Below, one piece after another: positions 10,725-22,144 of a DNA stretch of 64,000 bases (the first letter of the stretch is position 1; each line of letters starts with the position of its first letter). The position numbers were made by a program, and so were the translations under genes. The notes under the pieces were generated by a model. That model worked only from the letters and a program-made list of their open reading frames with translations. It had not been told where the DNA came from and did no database searches. Source of the DNA: Hypanus sabinus (Eukaryota); contig NC_082710.1 in NCBI RefSeq assembly GCF_030144855.1, positions 165,292,001 through 165,356,000 of the forward strand. The letters are read 5' to 3'.

Positions 10725-13700
10725 TGTTGTGGTCTGGTCCAGAGATAACATTCCGGGTCTTGCTCTGCTCCACGGACTACGGACTCTGGGTCTTGTAGCC
10801 GTCCGTCCTTTCACCCTTGAGCCAACTAGTCACACCTGTGGATCATCGTGGCTTGTGTGAACTCAAGGAGGCGCACCTGATGCCCATCGGCTGGCAGGTG
10901 TATATAAGGGGCTCTGGGACTGAGCCCAGTTTGGGAGTTGTGGTCTGGTTTTCCTTGTATGTGCTGGTTTTGCTGTTCTGGCTGGTTTGCCTTGCTTGTG
11001 CTCCTTGCCTCCCTCTGCTGTTTTACCTGTGTATCATGGTTGCCCTCTGCCAGGCAACAGCAATCTGGCCGAATTTACCTGACGGAGGACTTGGCCCCTT
11101 TTCCTACCCCTCGCTTCTGATGGGTGGTATCCTGCACCTGCCCAGGTTTCCTGTGTCTTGCCCAGGCCTCTGTTCATGCCTGGGAGGCGGCCCTACCCAG
11201 GAGTTTTGCGGCCCGCCCGGAGGACTCTGCCCTGAACCCCGGGGTCCAGCCTTGCCATAGACTCTGGGATCTGCCTTCTGCCTCGCCTGAACCAGTGGAT
11301 CACTGTTGAATGTCACGTCCCTCACACGCCACGGTCTCCCCACCTTGTTCTATCCTTTAGTTGTCCTGCCCTGCCCCTAGTACTTCGGTGTTTGCGTTCT
11401 GCAATTGGGTCCATTCCTTGTCCCCCCTATGACAGAACGACCCCCCTCAGCATGGACCTAACAACGTAGGCACTGGAGTCTATTCCCGTCACCCTGGGGT
11501 CCCCTCTCGTCTGAACATCTTCTTCCCCCCCCAACCCACCTGTATCTTCTGTAGCTCTAGAGACCTTCATCGGTTGCCTTTGACAGGGTTGGGGGTGGGG
11601 GTTACTGTTATGGTCTGGTCTGGAGCCTACATTCTGGGTCTTGATCTGCTCTGTGAACTCTGGTCTCTGGGTCTTGTAGCCGACCCTCCTTTCACCCTTG
11701 AGGCAACTAGTCACTCCTGTGGATCATCGTGGCTTGTTTGAACTCAAGGAGGTGCACCTGATGCCCATCGGTTGGTAGGTGTATATAAGGGGCTCTGGGA
11801 CTGGGGGTGGGGGGGTTGTCCTGCTTTGAACCTGTTCTGTCCTGTTTGTCTTGTCTTGTCCTGTCCCCCTGCTTCTCTCATATGCGCTGGTCCTGCTGTT
11901 CTGTCTGGTTTGCCTTCCTCATGCTGTCTGCCTGCCTTTCTTGTTTCACCTGTGTATCAGGGTTGTCCAGCTTCACCCTGGACCTAGATCTCTTCCTATC
12001 ATGGAAAAGGATGGAATCAGAGGACAGGTAAATTTTTAATTAGGGAAGGGCAAATTATGAGGCTATAAGGCTAGAACTTGTGGATGTGAATTGGGTTGAT
12101 GTTTTTGCAGGGAAATATACTATGGACATGTGGTCGACGTTTAGGGATCTCTTGCAGGATGTTAGAGATTAATTTGTCCCGGTGAGGAAGATAAAGAATG
12201 GTAGGGTAAAGGAACCATGGGTGACAAGTGAAGTGGAAAATCTAGTCGGGGGAAGAAGACAGCATACATGAGGTTTAGGAAGCAAGGATCAGGTGGGTCT
12301 AGTGGGGAATATAGGGTAGCAAGAAAGGAGCTTGAGAAGAGCAAGAAGGGGGCATGAGAAGGCCTTGGCGAGTAGGGTAAAGGAAAACCCCAAGGCATTC
12401 TTCCATTATGTGAAGAACAAAAGGATGACAGGAGTAAAGGTAGGACCGATCAGAGATAAAAGTGGGAAGATGTGCCTGGAGGCTGTAGAGGTCCTCAATG
12501 AATACTTCTCTTCAGTATTCACCACTGAGAGGGAACTTGATGATGGTGAGGACAATGAGTGAGGTTGATGTTCTGGAGCATGTTGATATTAAGGCAGAAG
12601 AGGTGTTGGAGTTGTTAAAATACATTAGGACAGGTAAGTTCCCAGGGCCTGACAGAATATTCCCCAGGCTGCTCCACGAGGCAAGGGAAGAGATGGCTGA
12701 ACCTCTGGCTAGGATCTTTGTCCTCGTTGTCCATGGGAATGGTACCGGAGGATTGGAGGGAGGCAAATGCTGTCACTTTTTCAAAAAAGGTAGTAAGGAT
12801 AGTCCAGGCAATTACAGAACAGTGAGCTTTACGTCTGTGGTGGGAAAGCTGTTGGAAAAGATTCTTAGAGAAAGGATCTATGGACATTTAGAGAATCATG
12901 GTCTGATCAGGGACAGTCAGCATGGCTTTGTAAAGGGCAGATCGTGCCTAACAAGCCTGATAGAGTTCTTTGAGGAGGTGACAGGCATATAGATGAGGGT
13001 AGTGCAGTGGATGTGATCTACATGGATTTTAGTAAGGCATTTGACAAGGTTCCACACAATAGGCTTGTTCAGAATGTTAGAAGGCATGGGATCCAGGGAG
13101 GTTTGGCCAGGTGGATTCAGAATTGGCTTGCCTGCAGAAGGCAGAGGGTTGTGGTGGAGGGAGTACATTCAGGTTGGAGGGTTGTAACTAGTGGTGTCCC
13201 ACAAGGATCTGTTCTGGGACCTCTACTTGTGATTTTTATTAATGACCTTGATGAGATGGTCGAAGGGTGGGTTGGCAAGTTTGCAGACAACACAAATGTA
13301 GGTGGTGTTGTAGATGGTGTAGAGGATTGTCAAAGATTGCAGAGAGACATTGATAGGATCCAGAAGTGGGCTGAGAAGTGGCAGATGGCATTCAAGCTGG
13401 AGAAGTGTGAGGTGGAACACTTTGGAAGGACAAACTCCCAAGGCAGAGTCCAAAATTAATGGCAGGATACTTGGTAGTGTGGAGGAGCAGAGGGATCTGG
13501 GGTTACATGTCCACAGATCTCTGAAAGTTGCCTCAAGGGTAGATAGGGTAGTTAAGTAAGCTTATGGGGTGTTGGCTTTCGTAAGTCGAGGGATAGAGTT
13601 TAAGAGACGTGATGTAATGATGCAGCTGTATAAAACTCTAGTTAGGCCACACTTGGGGTACTGTGACCAGTTCTGGTCACTTCAGTATAGGATGGATGTG

Positions 13701-14537
13701 GAAGCATTGGAAAGGGTACAGAGGAGATTTACCAGGATGCTGCCTGGTTTAGGGTATGGATTATGATTGGAGATTAAGGGAGCTAGGGCTTCTCTCTTTG
13801 GAGAGGAGAATGAGAGGAGACATGATAGAGGTGTACAAGATATTAAGAAATGTAGCTAGGGTGGACAGCCAGCGTCTTTTCCCCAGGGCACCACTGCTCA
13901 GTACAAGAGGACATGGCTTTAAGGTAAGGGGAGGGAAGTTCAAGGGGGATATTAGAGGAAGGTTTTTCACTTGGTGGTTGGTGCATGGAATGCACTGCTT
14001 GAGTCAGTGGTGGAGGCAGATACACTAGTGAAATTTAAGAGACTACCAGAGAGGTATGTGGAGGAATTTAAGGTGTGGGTTATACGGGAGGCAGGGTTTG
14101 AGGGTCGGCACAACATTGGGCTGAAGGGTCTGTAATGTGCTGTACTATTCTTTGTTCTATTCTATGTTCTATCCCTTGTCTCCATCGGGTAGGTCAGGCC
14201 AGATTGCCGTTGCCTGGCGGAGGTCCCTGCCCCTTTCCTACCCCTCGCTTCTGTCAGGTGGTACCCCGCACCTGCCCAGGTTTCCCATGTCTTTCCCAGG
14301 CCCATGTTCATTCCTGGGAGGCGGCCCTGCCCAGGAGTTTTAAGGCCCGCCCAGAGGAATCTGCCCTGAAAACCAAGACTTTGCTTGCCTGAACCCCAGG
14401 ATCACTGTTGAATGTCACGTCCCTCACACACGCCATGGTCTCCCCACCTTGTTCTATCCTTTAGATGTCCTGTCCTGCCCCTAGTACTACAATGCCTGCG
14501 TCCTGCAATTGGGTCAATTCCAAGTCCCCGTGTGACA
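10725..14537 (+). mobile_element. Non-autonomous LTR retroelement (TRIM-like): LTR1 10725-11434, 171-bp internal region, LTR2 11606-14537 split by a CR1; 5-bp TSD AGCTT
   Basis: TG..CA termini; AGCTT at 10720-10724 and 14538-14542; TATATAA in both LTRs; G-rich PPT at about 11585-11600; only a residual ATGGAC gag-like start inside. Confidence 0.85.
12001..14168 (+). mobile_element. 5'-truncated CR1 LINE inserted in LTR2
   Basis: RT peptides (NYRTVSFTSVVGKLLEKIL, DFSKAFDKVPH, GVPQGSVLGP, FADNT); ttctatgttct tail; CTATC repeated at both junctions (11996-12000, 14169-14173). Confidence 0.9.
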
Positions 14538-16249
14538 AGCTTAGGCTTAGCCCAAATAGGCTTAAGCACAACTAAGATTGGGTGTTGTATAATAACCCAG
14601 ATCTTATTAGGGAGTTTAACGTAAAGGAAGCCTAAGGAGCAATGATCTTAATATGTTTGAACTCATAGTACAATTTTAAAGGGCGAAGCATAAGTCTCAT
14701 GAATCAGTATCATGGAATTACAGAGGCTTGAGAGAGGGGCTTGAGAGAGGAGCTTGCCAAGGTGGATTGGAGCAGGATCCTGGTGGGAATGAGGGCAGGA
14801 TAGAGATAGCTGAAGTTTCTGGAAATATTTCACAAGGCATGGGATAGATATGTCCCACTGAGGAAGAAGTTCTCAAATGGCAGGGGTAGACAACCGTGGG
14901 TGACATGGGAAGTTAAGGACTGCATAAAAGCCAAAGAAAGTGCAAATAAGGTAGAGAAAGTGGGTGGGAAGTTGGATAAAAGTTTTTAGAATTCAACAAA
15001 AGGCAACTAAAAAAACTAAAGGGAAAAGATGAAATATGAGGGCCAATAATATGAAGGATTTTCAGTTAAAAGGGAGGTGAGAGCTGATAGTGGACCACTG
15101 GAAAATTATGCTGGTCAGGAAGGAAAGTGGTCAAAGAAATGACAGATGAACTTAATCTGTTTTCATTGTGGAAGAAACTAGCAGTGTACCAGAGGTCGTG
15201 AGCATCAGGGAGCAGGAGTGAGTGCCGTTGCAACTACAAAGGAATACATGCTAGGCAGACTTAAAGATCTTAAGATGGATGTCACCTCAACCAGGTGGAC
15301 TACATACCAGAGTCCTGAGAGAGGTTGCTGAAGAGATAATTGATGCATTGGTCATGATCTTTCAAGAGTCACTTGATTCTGGCAGGGCCATGGAAGACTG
15401 GAAGATTGCAAATGTCACTCTACTCTTCAAGAAGGGAGGAAGGCAAAAGAAATAACCTTAGTGGTTGAGAAAGTGTTGGAGTATATTATTAAGGATGAGT
15501 TTTCAGGATACTTGGAGACTAATGATAAAATATGGTTTCTTTAAAGGGAATTCGTGCCTGACAAATCTGTTAGAGTTCACTGAGGAGGTAACAGTCAGGG
15601 TGGACAAAGGAGAGTTGGTTCCTTAGATTTTCAGAAGGCATTTGATAAGGTGCCACACATGAGGCTGCTTAGTTAGAAGCTCCTGTGGCATTACAGGAAA
15701 GATACTGGCAGTGACAGAATATTGGCTGACAGGCAGGAGGCAGCATGTGGCTGCCAGTGACTCATGGTGTTCCTTGGGGGTCAGTATTGAGACTGCTACT
15801 TTTTACATTGTTTGTCAGTGATTTAGCTAATGGAATTGATGGCTTTGAGGCAAGGTTTGTGGATGCTACAAAGATTGGTAGTGGGGTAGGTAGTGCTGAG
15901 GAAGCAATGCACTTGCAGCAGGACTTTGATAAATTGGAAGAATGGGCAAAAAAGTGGCAGATGGAATGGAGTGATGGGAAAAGCATGATGATGAATTTTG
16001 ATAAACGAAACAGTAGTGCAGATTATTATCTAATTTGGGAGAAAATTCAAACATCAGAGGTACAGCGGGGCTTCAGAGTCCTTGTGTAAGACTCCCAGAA
16101 TGTTAAGTGACAGGTTGAGCCCGTGGTAAACAGGACAAATGCAATGTTGGCATTTATTTCAAGAGGAATAAAATATAAAAGCACGGAGATGATGTTCAGG
16201 CTTAATGACACAAAAGTCAGGCTGCACTTGGAATATTTGTTGTTGAGCA

Positions 16250-16490
16250 GCTCGCTGAGCTGGCTTGTTAGCTTGCAGGTATTTCGTTACCCAGCTAGGC
16301 AACATCAGTGCAACTTCGAATGAAATGTAGGTGATCGATATTGTATGTCTTTTATGGGTCTTGTAATTGGTCTGTGTCTGTGTGCCATTTCTATTGGTTA
16401 CAGATTATGTAATCCGTGATTGGTTCGTTAAGCTGCCAATCTAAGGTTTGGCATCCACAACACGAGCTACAAATCTTTTCCAGCAGCTTA
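16250..16490. mobile_element. Foreign repeat fragment (possibly Penelope-like) inside the CR1
   Basis: Non-CR1 sequence flanked by continuous CR1 RT sequence; family assignment from recall only. Confidence 0.4.
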
Positions 16491-16789
16491 GAGCATCGTC
16501 AACAGTTTTGGGCCCTAAATCTAAGAAAGTATGTGTCGTCATTGGAGAGATTTCAGAGGAGGATCACAAAGATGATTCTGGGAATTAGGGGATTTATGAG
16601 GAATGTTTGGCAACTTTGGGCCTGAATGCACTAGAATTTAGAAGAATGCATGGGGATCTAATTGAAACCAACCAAATATTGATAAGGTGGATGTGGAGGA
16701 TGTTTTCTCTGGTGGGGGTATTGAGAACTAGAAGGCACAGCCTCAAAATTGATGGACGAATTTTTAGGACAGGGGTAAGAAGGATTTTT

Positions 16790-18200
16790 TTGAACTTATG
16801 GAAAGCTAAAAAGGATGAGTTGTGGGAAGTTGTTGATGCATTGCAACTTAAGGCACAGACAGGTATGATGAAGGTGGAACTCCGAATGATAATAGTGGAG
16901 CACTATACTTCTACGAAGCATTTTAGTGAGAATGAGGTAGTAATGTTTCCTCTAGAGGTCCAGATACATCTGGAAGAGATGAGGATAGAGAGAAATAAGT
17001 TAAGGGTGGAAGAAGCATGGAGACAGAGATGAAAGGGAAAGACAGACAATTCGAGAGGCAGATGTGGCAGCTGGAAGGTCCAGTGTTGGACACTGATGAT
17101 TTATATAGCTTGAAAGAGCTGTTTGTAGTTGAAGAATTTAAGGAGTGCATTCCCAATTAAGTAAGGACATTCCGAGAGGAAAAGGATGCCGCTACCTTGA
17201 GGGAGTATGCTGGGTTAGCAGACAAGGTTGTTTTAACCTGGAAGGTTGAGTTTACTCTGGATGGGAGTTGCCCAGAGAGTAACTGGGAGGATCAGGGGAA
17301 CTTGGAATTTGAGACTGGGACTGGTATTGAAAGCCTAGAACAGGCAGATGTCCAATTTGCCTGTGTTCAGGTTGTGAAGGTACCTGTGGATACACAGGGT
17401 ACTGAAACTGGTGTTGAGTCTCAGGAAATGTCTGGGGTATCTGACCTGGTTAAAAAGGAATGCAATCCTTTTGGGTCAGGTGGACTTGGTTCAGTGAGTA
17501 AGGGGTTAACCCTGGCACCAGTGGAAAGAGGATTCTCAGTCATTTGTGTGAGAAGGTGTTCTAAAAGTTAGTGATCAGATGAGAGCTGGTGATTTGAATA
17601 TTATTGAAGATGAAGGGAAAAGTATTGTTCCTGGGCTTTTGAATTAGAAAATTTTAAATTCTGGATTGGTTTTAGAAGCATTGACCATGCTGAAGGGTCA
17701 GTGGTTGGGTGACAAGATGCCTGCTAGTCTGTTAGTTTATTTTGAAATTTAAAGATAAGCAAGTCGGTGATGTTGTTCAAGTATGTGATTTGGAGAGGCA
17801 AAACTTGAAGTGTTGTTTTGACCAAGAGGAATCACCTACAGATGGTAAACTGGAAGCTAACAGACTTAAAGATCTTGAAGATAAAATTAATGACTTGCTT
17901 AAAATTGAGTTGTTTGGAAGTTCAGCAAATGGGCTTAGTTTGGAAAACATTAGTGATAAGCTAGCACTTGTGAAGGGGTCTGTGAAGGCCTTCTCCAAGC
18001 TGGCAAGCAAGCTGATCACATGAGTTTTAAGTGGAAAGGGGGCAATGGTTGACCAAACACCACTTTGAATAACAGGATCTGGTTTTTGCAGGAATTTGAC
18101 TTTTTTTGTGACACAGCATGTGAAAGATAAAGCCAATATCATGGTAGATTGACTGTTTGAATGTTGTGTTTCAAAGTGAAATATAAATTAGTGTAACACT
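16790..18200 (+). mobile_element. Highly degenerate Gypsy gag (SCAN-like) remnant
   Basis: AKKDELWEVVDALQL.. and LFVVEEFKECIP..EEKDAATLREYAGLADKVVLT resemble fish Gypsy gag-SCAN. Confidence 0.65.
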
Positions 18201-18589
18201 TACCCAACAGGCTGGTATCTAGGCATTTCAATATTTGTTAGATTTCAAAGAGGTTCCCCCCATTAGCTCATTCTTTTGATCTCAAGTGAGTGCAGGCCCT
18301 GAGCCATCTCAAATGCTCCTCATATATTAACCCTTTCATGACTGTGATCTTTCTCATGTATCTAGGTTGCTGTTGGCAGTTGGGCTAAAGGGCCCAAACC
18401 ATTGCTGTATGACACTCTGGTCTGCTTTGTGCTCCCCCAGATGTGATTCCTAAAACAAATTGCAGAACAATAATACTACTTGTTTTATTACAATATTAAA
18501 TCATCTAGAGATCCAAACCAGTCATTGTATTTTTACACTCAGTGTACTAAATAAAGTGTCCACAGAGTCTGTAGTCCTCTGTTACAATA

Positions 18590-19050
18590 GCCCAGCCATT
18601 TCAAGGTTTGATGTGTTGTGTATTTGGAGATGGTCTTTTGCACACCATTGTGTAATGTATGGTTATTTGAGTTGCTGTCATCTTCCTGTCAGCTTGAACC
18701 AGTCTGGCTGTTCTCCTCTGATCTCTCTCATTAACAAGACATTTTTACCCATCAACTGACATTCATGAGGTGTTTATTTGCTTTGCAACCAATCCCCTGT
18801 AAACGTTAGGGACTGTTGTACATGAAAATCCAAAGGGATCGGCAGCTTCTGAGATATTCAGACTACAAGCAACAACCATTCCACATTCAAAGTCACCGAG
18901 ATCACATTTCCTCATTCTGACATTGCATCTGATCAACAAATGAACCTCTTGATTATGTCCACATAATTTATGCATTGACATGCTGCCAAATATTTGGCTG
19001 ATCTGTTACATGCATTGAAAAGCAGGTGTATCTAATAAAGTGGTCTTGCT
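18590..19050 (-). mobile_element. Tc1/mariner-derived non-autonomous element
   Basis: RMRKCDLGDFECGMVVA..LNISEAADPFGFSCTTV (Tc1 HTH remnant); same family at 35990-36300 and 62563-63085. Confidence 0.75.
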
Positions 19051-19179
19051 CCTGAGCCAAGTAGTCTTTCACCCATTCCAGCAAGGCACGAAGTTTTAAA
19101 TCATTGTTTTTATTGTGAATCCATGTCTTCACCCCATTTCATTGGGTGAACTTTGTTGCTTTGTGTGGCAGCAGTGCAT

Positions 19180-19600
19180 TGCAAAGACATAAAAATATAT
19201 CAATTACAAAAACAACTAGTGCTGGAAAAGAGAAATAATGACGTAATATTTATTGGTCATTCATAAATCTGGTGGCAGTGGGGAAAAAGTATTCCTGAAT
19301 CATTGAGTGTGGACCTTCAGGTTCCTGCACCTCTTCCCTGATGGTAGTAACAAGAAGAGGACATGTTCCAGATGGTGAGGATCATTACTGGTAAGTGCTG
19401 CCTTTTTGAGGCACAACCTCCATAAGACATTGTTGATGATGAAAGGGTTGTGCCGTGATGAAGCTGGCTGAGCCTGCATCCTTCTAAGGCTTTTTGCAAT
19501 CCTAACATTGGAAGCTCCATACGGGACGGTATACAACTGGCTAAAATACTCCCTGTCATACATTTACACCAATTTGATTTTGGTGACTTATCTAATCTCA
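19180..19600 (-). mobile_element. Rex1/Babar-like LINE 3' end
   Basis: HLEHVLFLLLPSGKRCRNLKVHT C-terminal motif; similar to 36300-36700. Confidence 0.7.
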
Positions 19601-19779
19601 AACCCCAGTGAAATTCTGAATACCCTCATGAATGGAAATAACCTCTCAGCATCTCCCCTGTGGAACCCTGTCCAAATCATCTAACTACATAAATATTTCT
19701 GGTTCTATGATCCACCTAGTGGTATAAATTACTGGGGCCCTAGCAAAGATAGTTAAAATATCCTTAGCCACAGGTGAGG

Positions 19780-20930
19780 TGCTGGAGGATTGGAGGATTA
19801 GAGGATAGCTAATGTTCCATTGTTTAAGAAAGGCTATAAGAGTTATTGGAAGGTATACTAAGGAGCTGGATATATCAGTATTTGGATAGCCAGGGACTGA
19901 TTAAGGATTGTGAACATGGGTTTGTGTGTGGTAAGTCATGTCTAACCTATGTTATTGAGCTTTTTGAGGAAGTTACAAGGATAGTTGTTGAAGGCAAGGC
20001 AGTGGCTGTTTCTGCGTGGACTTTAGCAATGCCTTTGACAATTCCCTCATGGGAGGATAGCATTCAAGATGAGGTGGTATATTTGCATTATGGCAGAAGC
20101 CAGAGAGTGCTGGTAGAAGCTTGCCTCTCTGACTGGAGGCCTGTGACTGGAGGTGTGGTGCATTGACTGGTGATGGATCCATTGCTATTTGCCATCCATA
20201 TCAACAATCAGGATCATAATGAGGAAAACAATCAGCAAATCTGCGGATCATGTCAAGATTGTGGGTGTATTGGACAACGTGGAATGCCATCAAGGCTTGT
20301 TGCAGGATCTGGACCAGATGGGAAAATGGGCTGAAAAAGGGCAGATGCAATTTAATGCAGACAAGTGTGAGGTGCTCACTTTAGGAGGATCAACCAGGGC
20401 AATACAAAAGTTGGGATTTTATGGTGCAAGTGGATCAGATGTTGGTGAGGCATAATTTGGAGTATCGTGTGCAGTTTTGGTCACCTAGCAGCAGGAAAGG
20501 TGTCAATAAGATGGGAGAATGCAGTGGAAATTTACAAGGATGCTGCCAGGACTTGAGCACCTGAGTTAAAGGGTAGTGTTGAATAGATTAGAACTTTATC
20601 ACCTAGATTGTTAAAAGATGAGGGGATGGAGGAGACACTTGAAGAAGTTGTTATTGGTTAAGTGTGAAAGTTGAAATGTTCAAGAGGAACATGAGGGAGT
20701 ATTTCTTCAGTCGGTGGTAATGAGAGTGTAGAATGGGTTACCAGCAGAAATGTTGGATGCTGGTTCGTTTTCAGCATTCAAGAGAAATTTGGAGAGGTCC
20801 ATGGATGGGAGTGGTCTGGAGGGTTCTGGTCAAAGTGCACAGCAATGGGACAAACAGATAAATAGTTTGGTACAGACTAGATTGGCCAACAGACATGTTT
20901 CTATGCTGTTAAGCTCTATCACTTTTGGTC
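19780..20930 (+). mobile_element. Degenerate CR1 RT fragments
   Basis: HGFVCGKSCLT..FFEEV-like, SADHVKIVG, QMQFNADKCEV. Confidence 0.8.
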
Positions 20931-21483
20931 TGAATGATTCTCTTTTTCTGGGCTTGTAGCAGATTCCTGATTTTACTCACCAGAGGCTGTGTTCTCAACT
21001 CTTTCATCCCAAGCTTTGGAATCCTCACTTTAAGTGCTTTTGGGAAAGATATTTCAAAGTCAAAGTTCAAAGGTCCAATTTAATGTCAGAAATGTGTACA
21101 ATATATATCCTGAAATGCTTTTTCTTCGCAACCATCCACGAAAACAGAGGAGTGCCCCAAGGAATGAACGACAGTTACGTGTTAGAACCTCAAAGTACCT
21201 CCCCCAGCTCCCCTCCCTCCTGAGCGTAAGCGGCAGCAAGCAACAATACTCCCTCCCTCCCACCGACAGGAAAAGCATTATCACCCACCTCCGAGCACTC
21301 AAGCATGAGCAATGCAATAGCAAAGACAGAGACTTTCAGTCACCCCAGAGACATTGTGTTTCGCTCGGTGTACAACATACCACAGACTATCTCTCCCCCT
21401 AATAAGGGAGAAAGAAGTGTCCCCATTTTCCCAGTGAGCAGGGAGACATAATAAACAACACATTGGTTTATGATGTTAAAACT

Positions 21484-22144
21484 CAGTTATGATCCCTCTT
21501 TATACTGAAAATATTGGAGAATAAAGTTGCATTGTTTGCTGCGTAACCAAAACTATGTAACCAGCCTTGTGTTTGCTATTTGCTATGTATCCAATTTATT
21601 AGCCAGAATGAAATCTCTGTATTGTCTCTGTACTATTGAACACATCAGTGCCTTAAGAATGTAGCTAGCCTGAAGAAAGTAGCTAACAGTGAGAAACCAG
21701 CCTTATATTTACTATGTATCCAACTTATTTCCAGAATGAAATCTCTGTATTGACTCTGTACTATTGAACACATCAATGCCTTGAGAATGTAGCTGCCAGT
21801 GAAAATAAACAAGTAGAGATAATGGTTGTAGATGGGATCGTAGAGTGGTGTGATGGTATGGGGACCAGTCAATGCCGAGAAGGGGAACACGTGATCCAGG
21901 GAGTGGACTAGAGCAAGTATGGGCAATGGAGTGGTGTGATGGTATGGGGACCAGTCAAGGCACTAGAACAAGTATATGCTAATGCGACTAAGATAAGAAA
22001 TTACTATAAAGAATACTGTGAACTAGGGCTTGGCTAACAATTAGTAACACGCTCATTAATTGTCTCACCTTTTGTTTGCAAATAAAGGCTTAAGCTTCTC
22101 GAATAATTTTCTGCATCTCCTGGATATTTCAAGAAACCACGACA
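21484..22144 (+). mobile_element. Probable ERV-like solo LTR with internal tandem duplications
   Basis: TATAAA near 22005, AATAAA at 22081, ends ccacgaca; AAAACT on both sides; start is CA rather than TG, so the 5' boundary is uncertain. Confidence 0.5.

Larger units (their letters stand above)
10320..16790 (+). mobile_element. Old CR1 LINE ORF2 (APE to RT), interrupted at 10725-14537 and about 16250-16490
   Basis: YQKVRQGGRGSGVVLLVRGG (APE); resumes at 14538 with gattgggtgttg..acccagatcttattagggag; RT fragments (GVPWGSVL, RFVDATKIG) at 15745-16089. Confidence 0.85.

Noticed and set aside
11969-11973. AGCTT at 11969-11973 as the right TSD of the LTR element
   Set aside because: LTR sequence continues to 12000 and resumes at 14169; the true TSD is at 14538-14542, where the host CR1 resumes.
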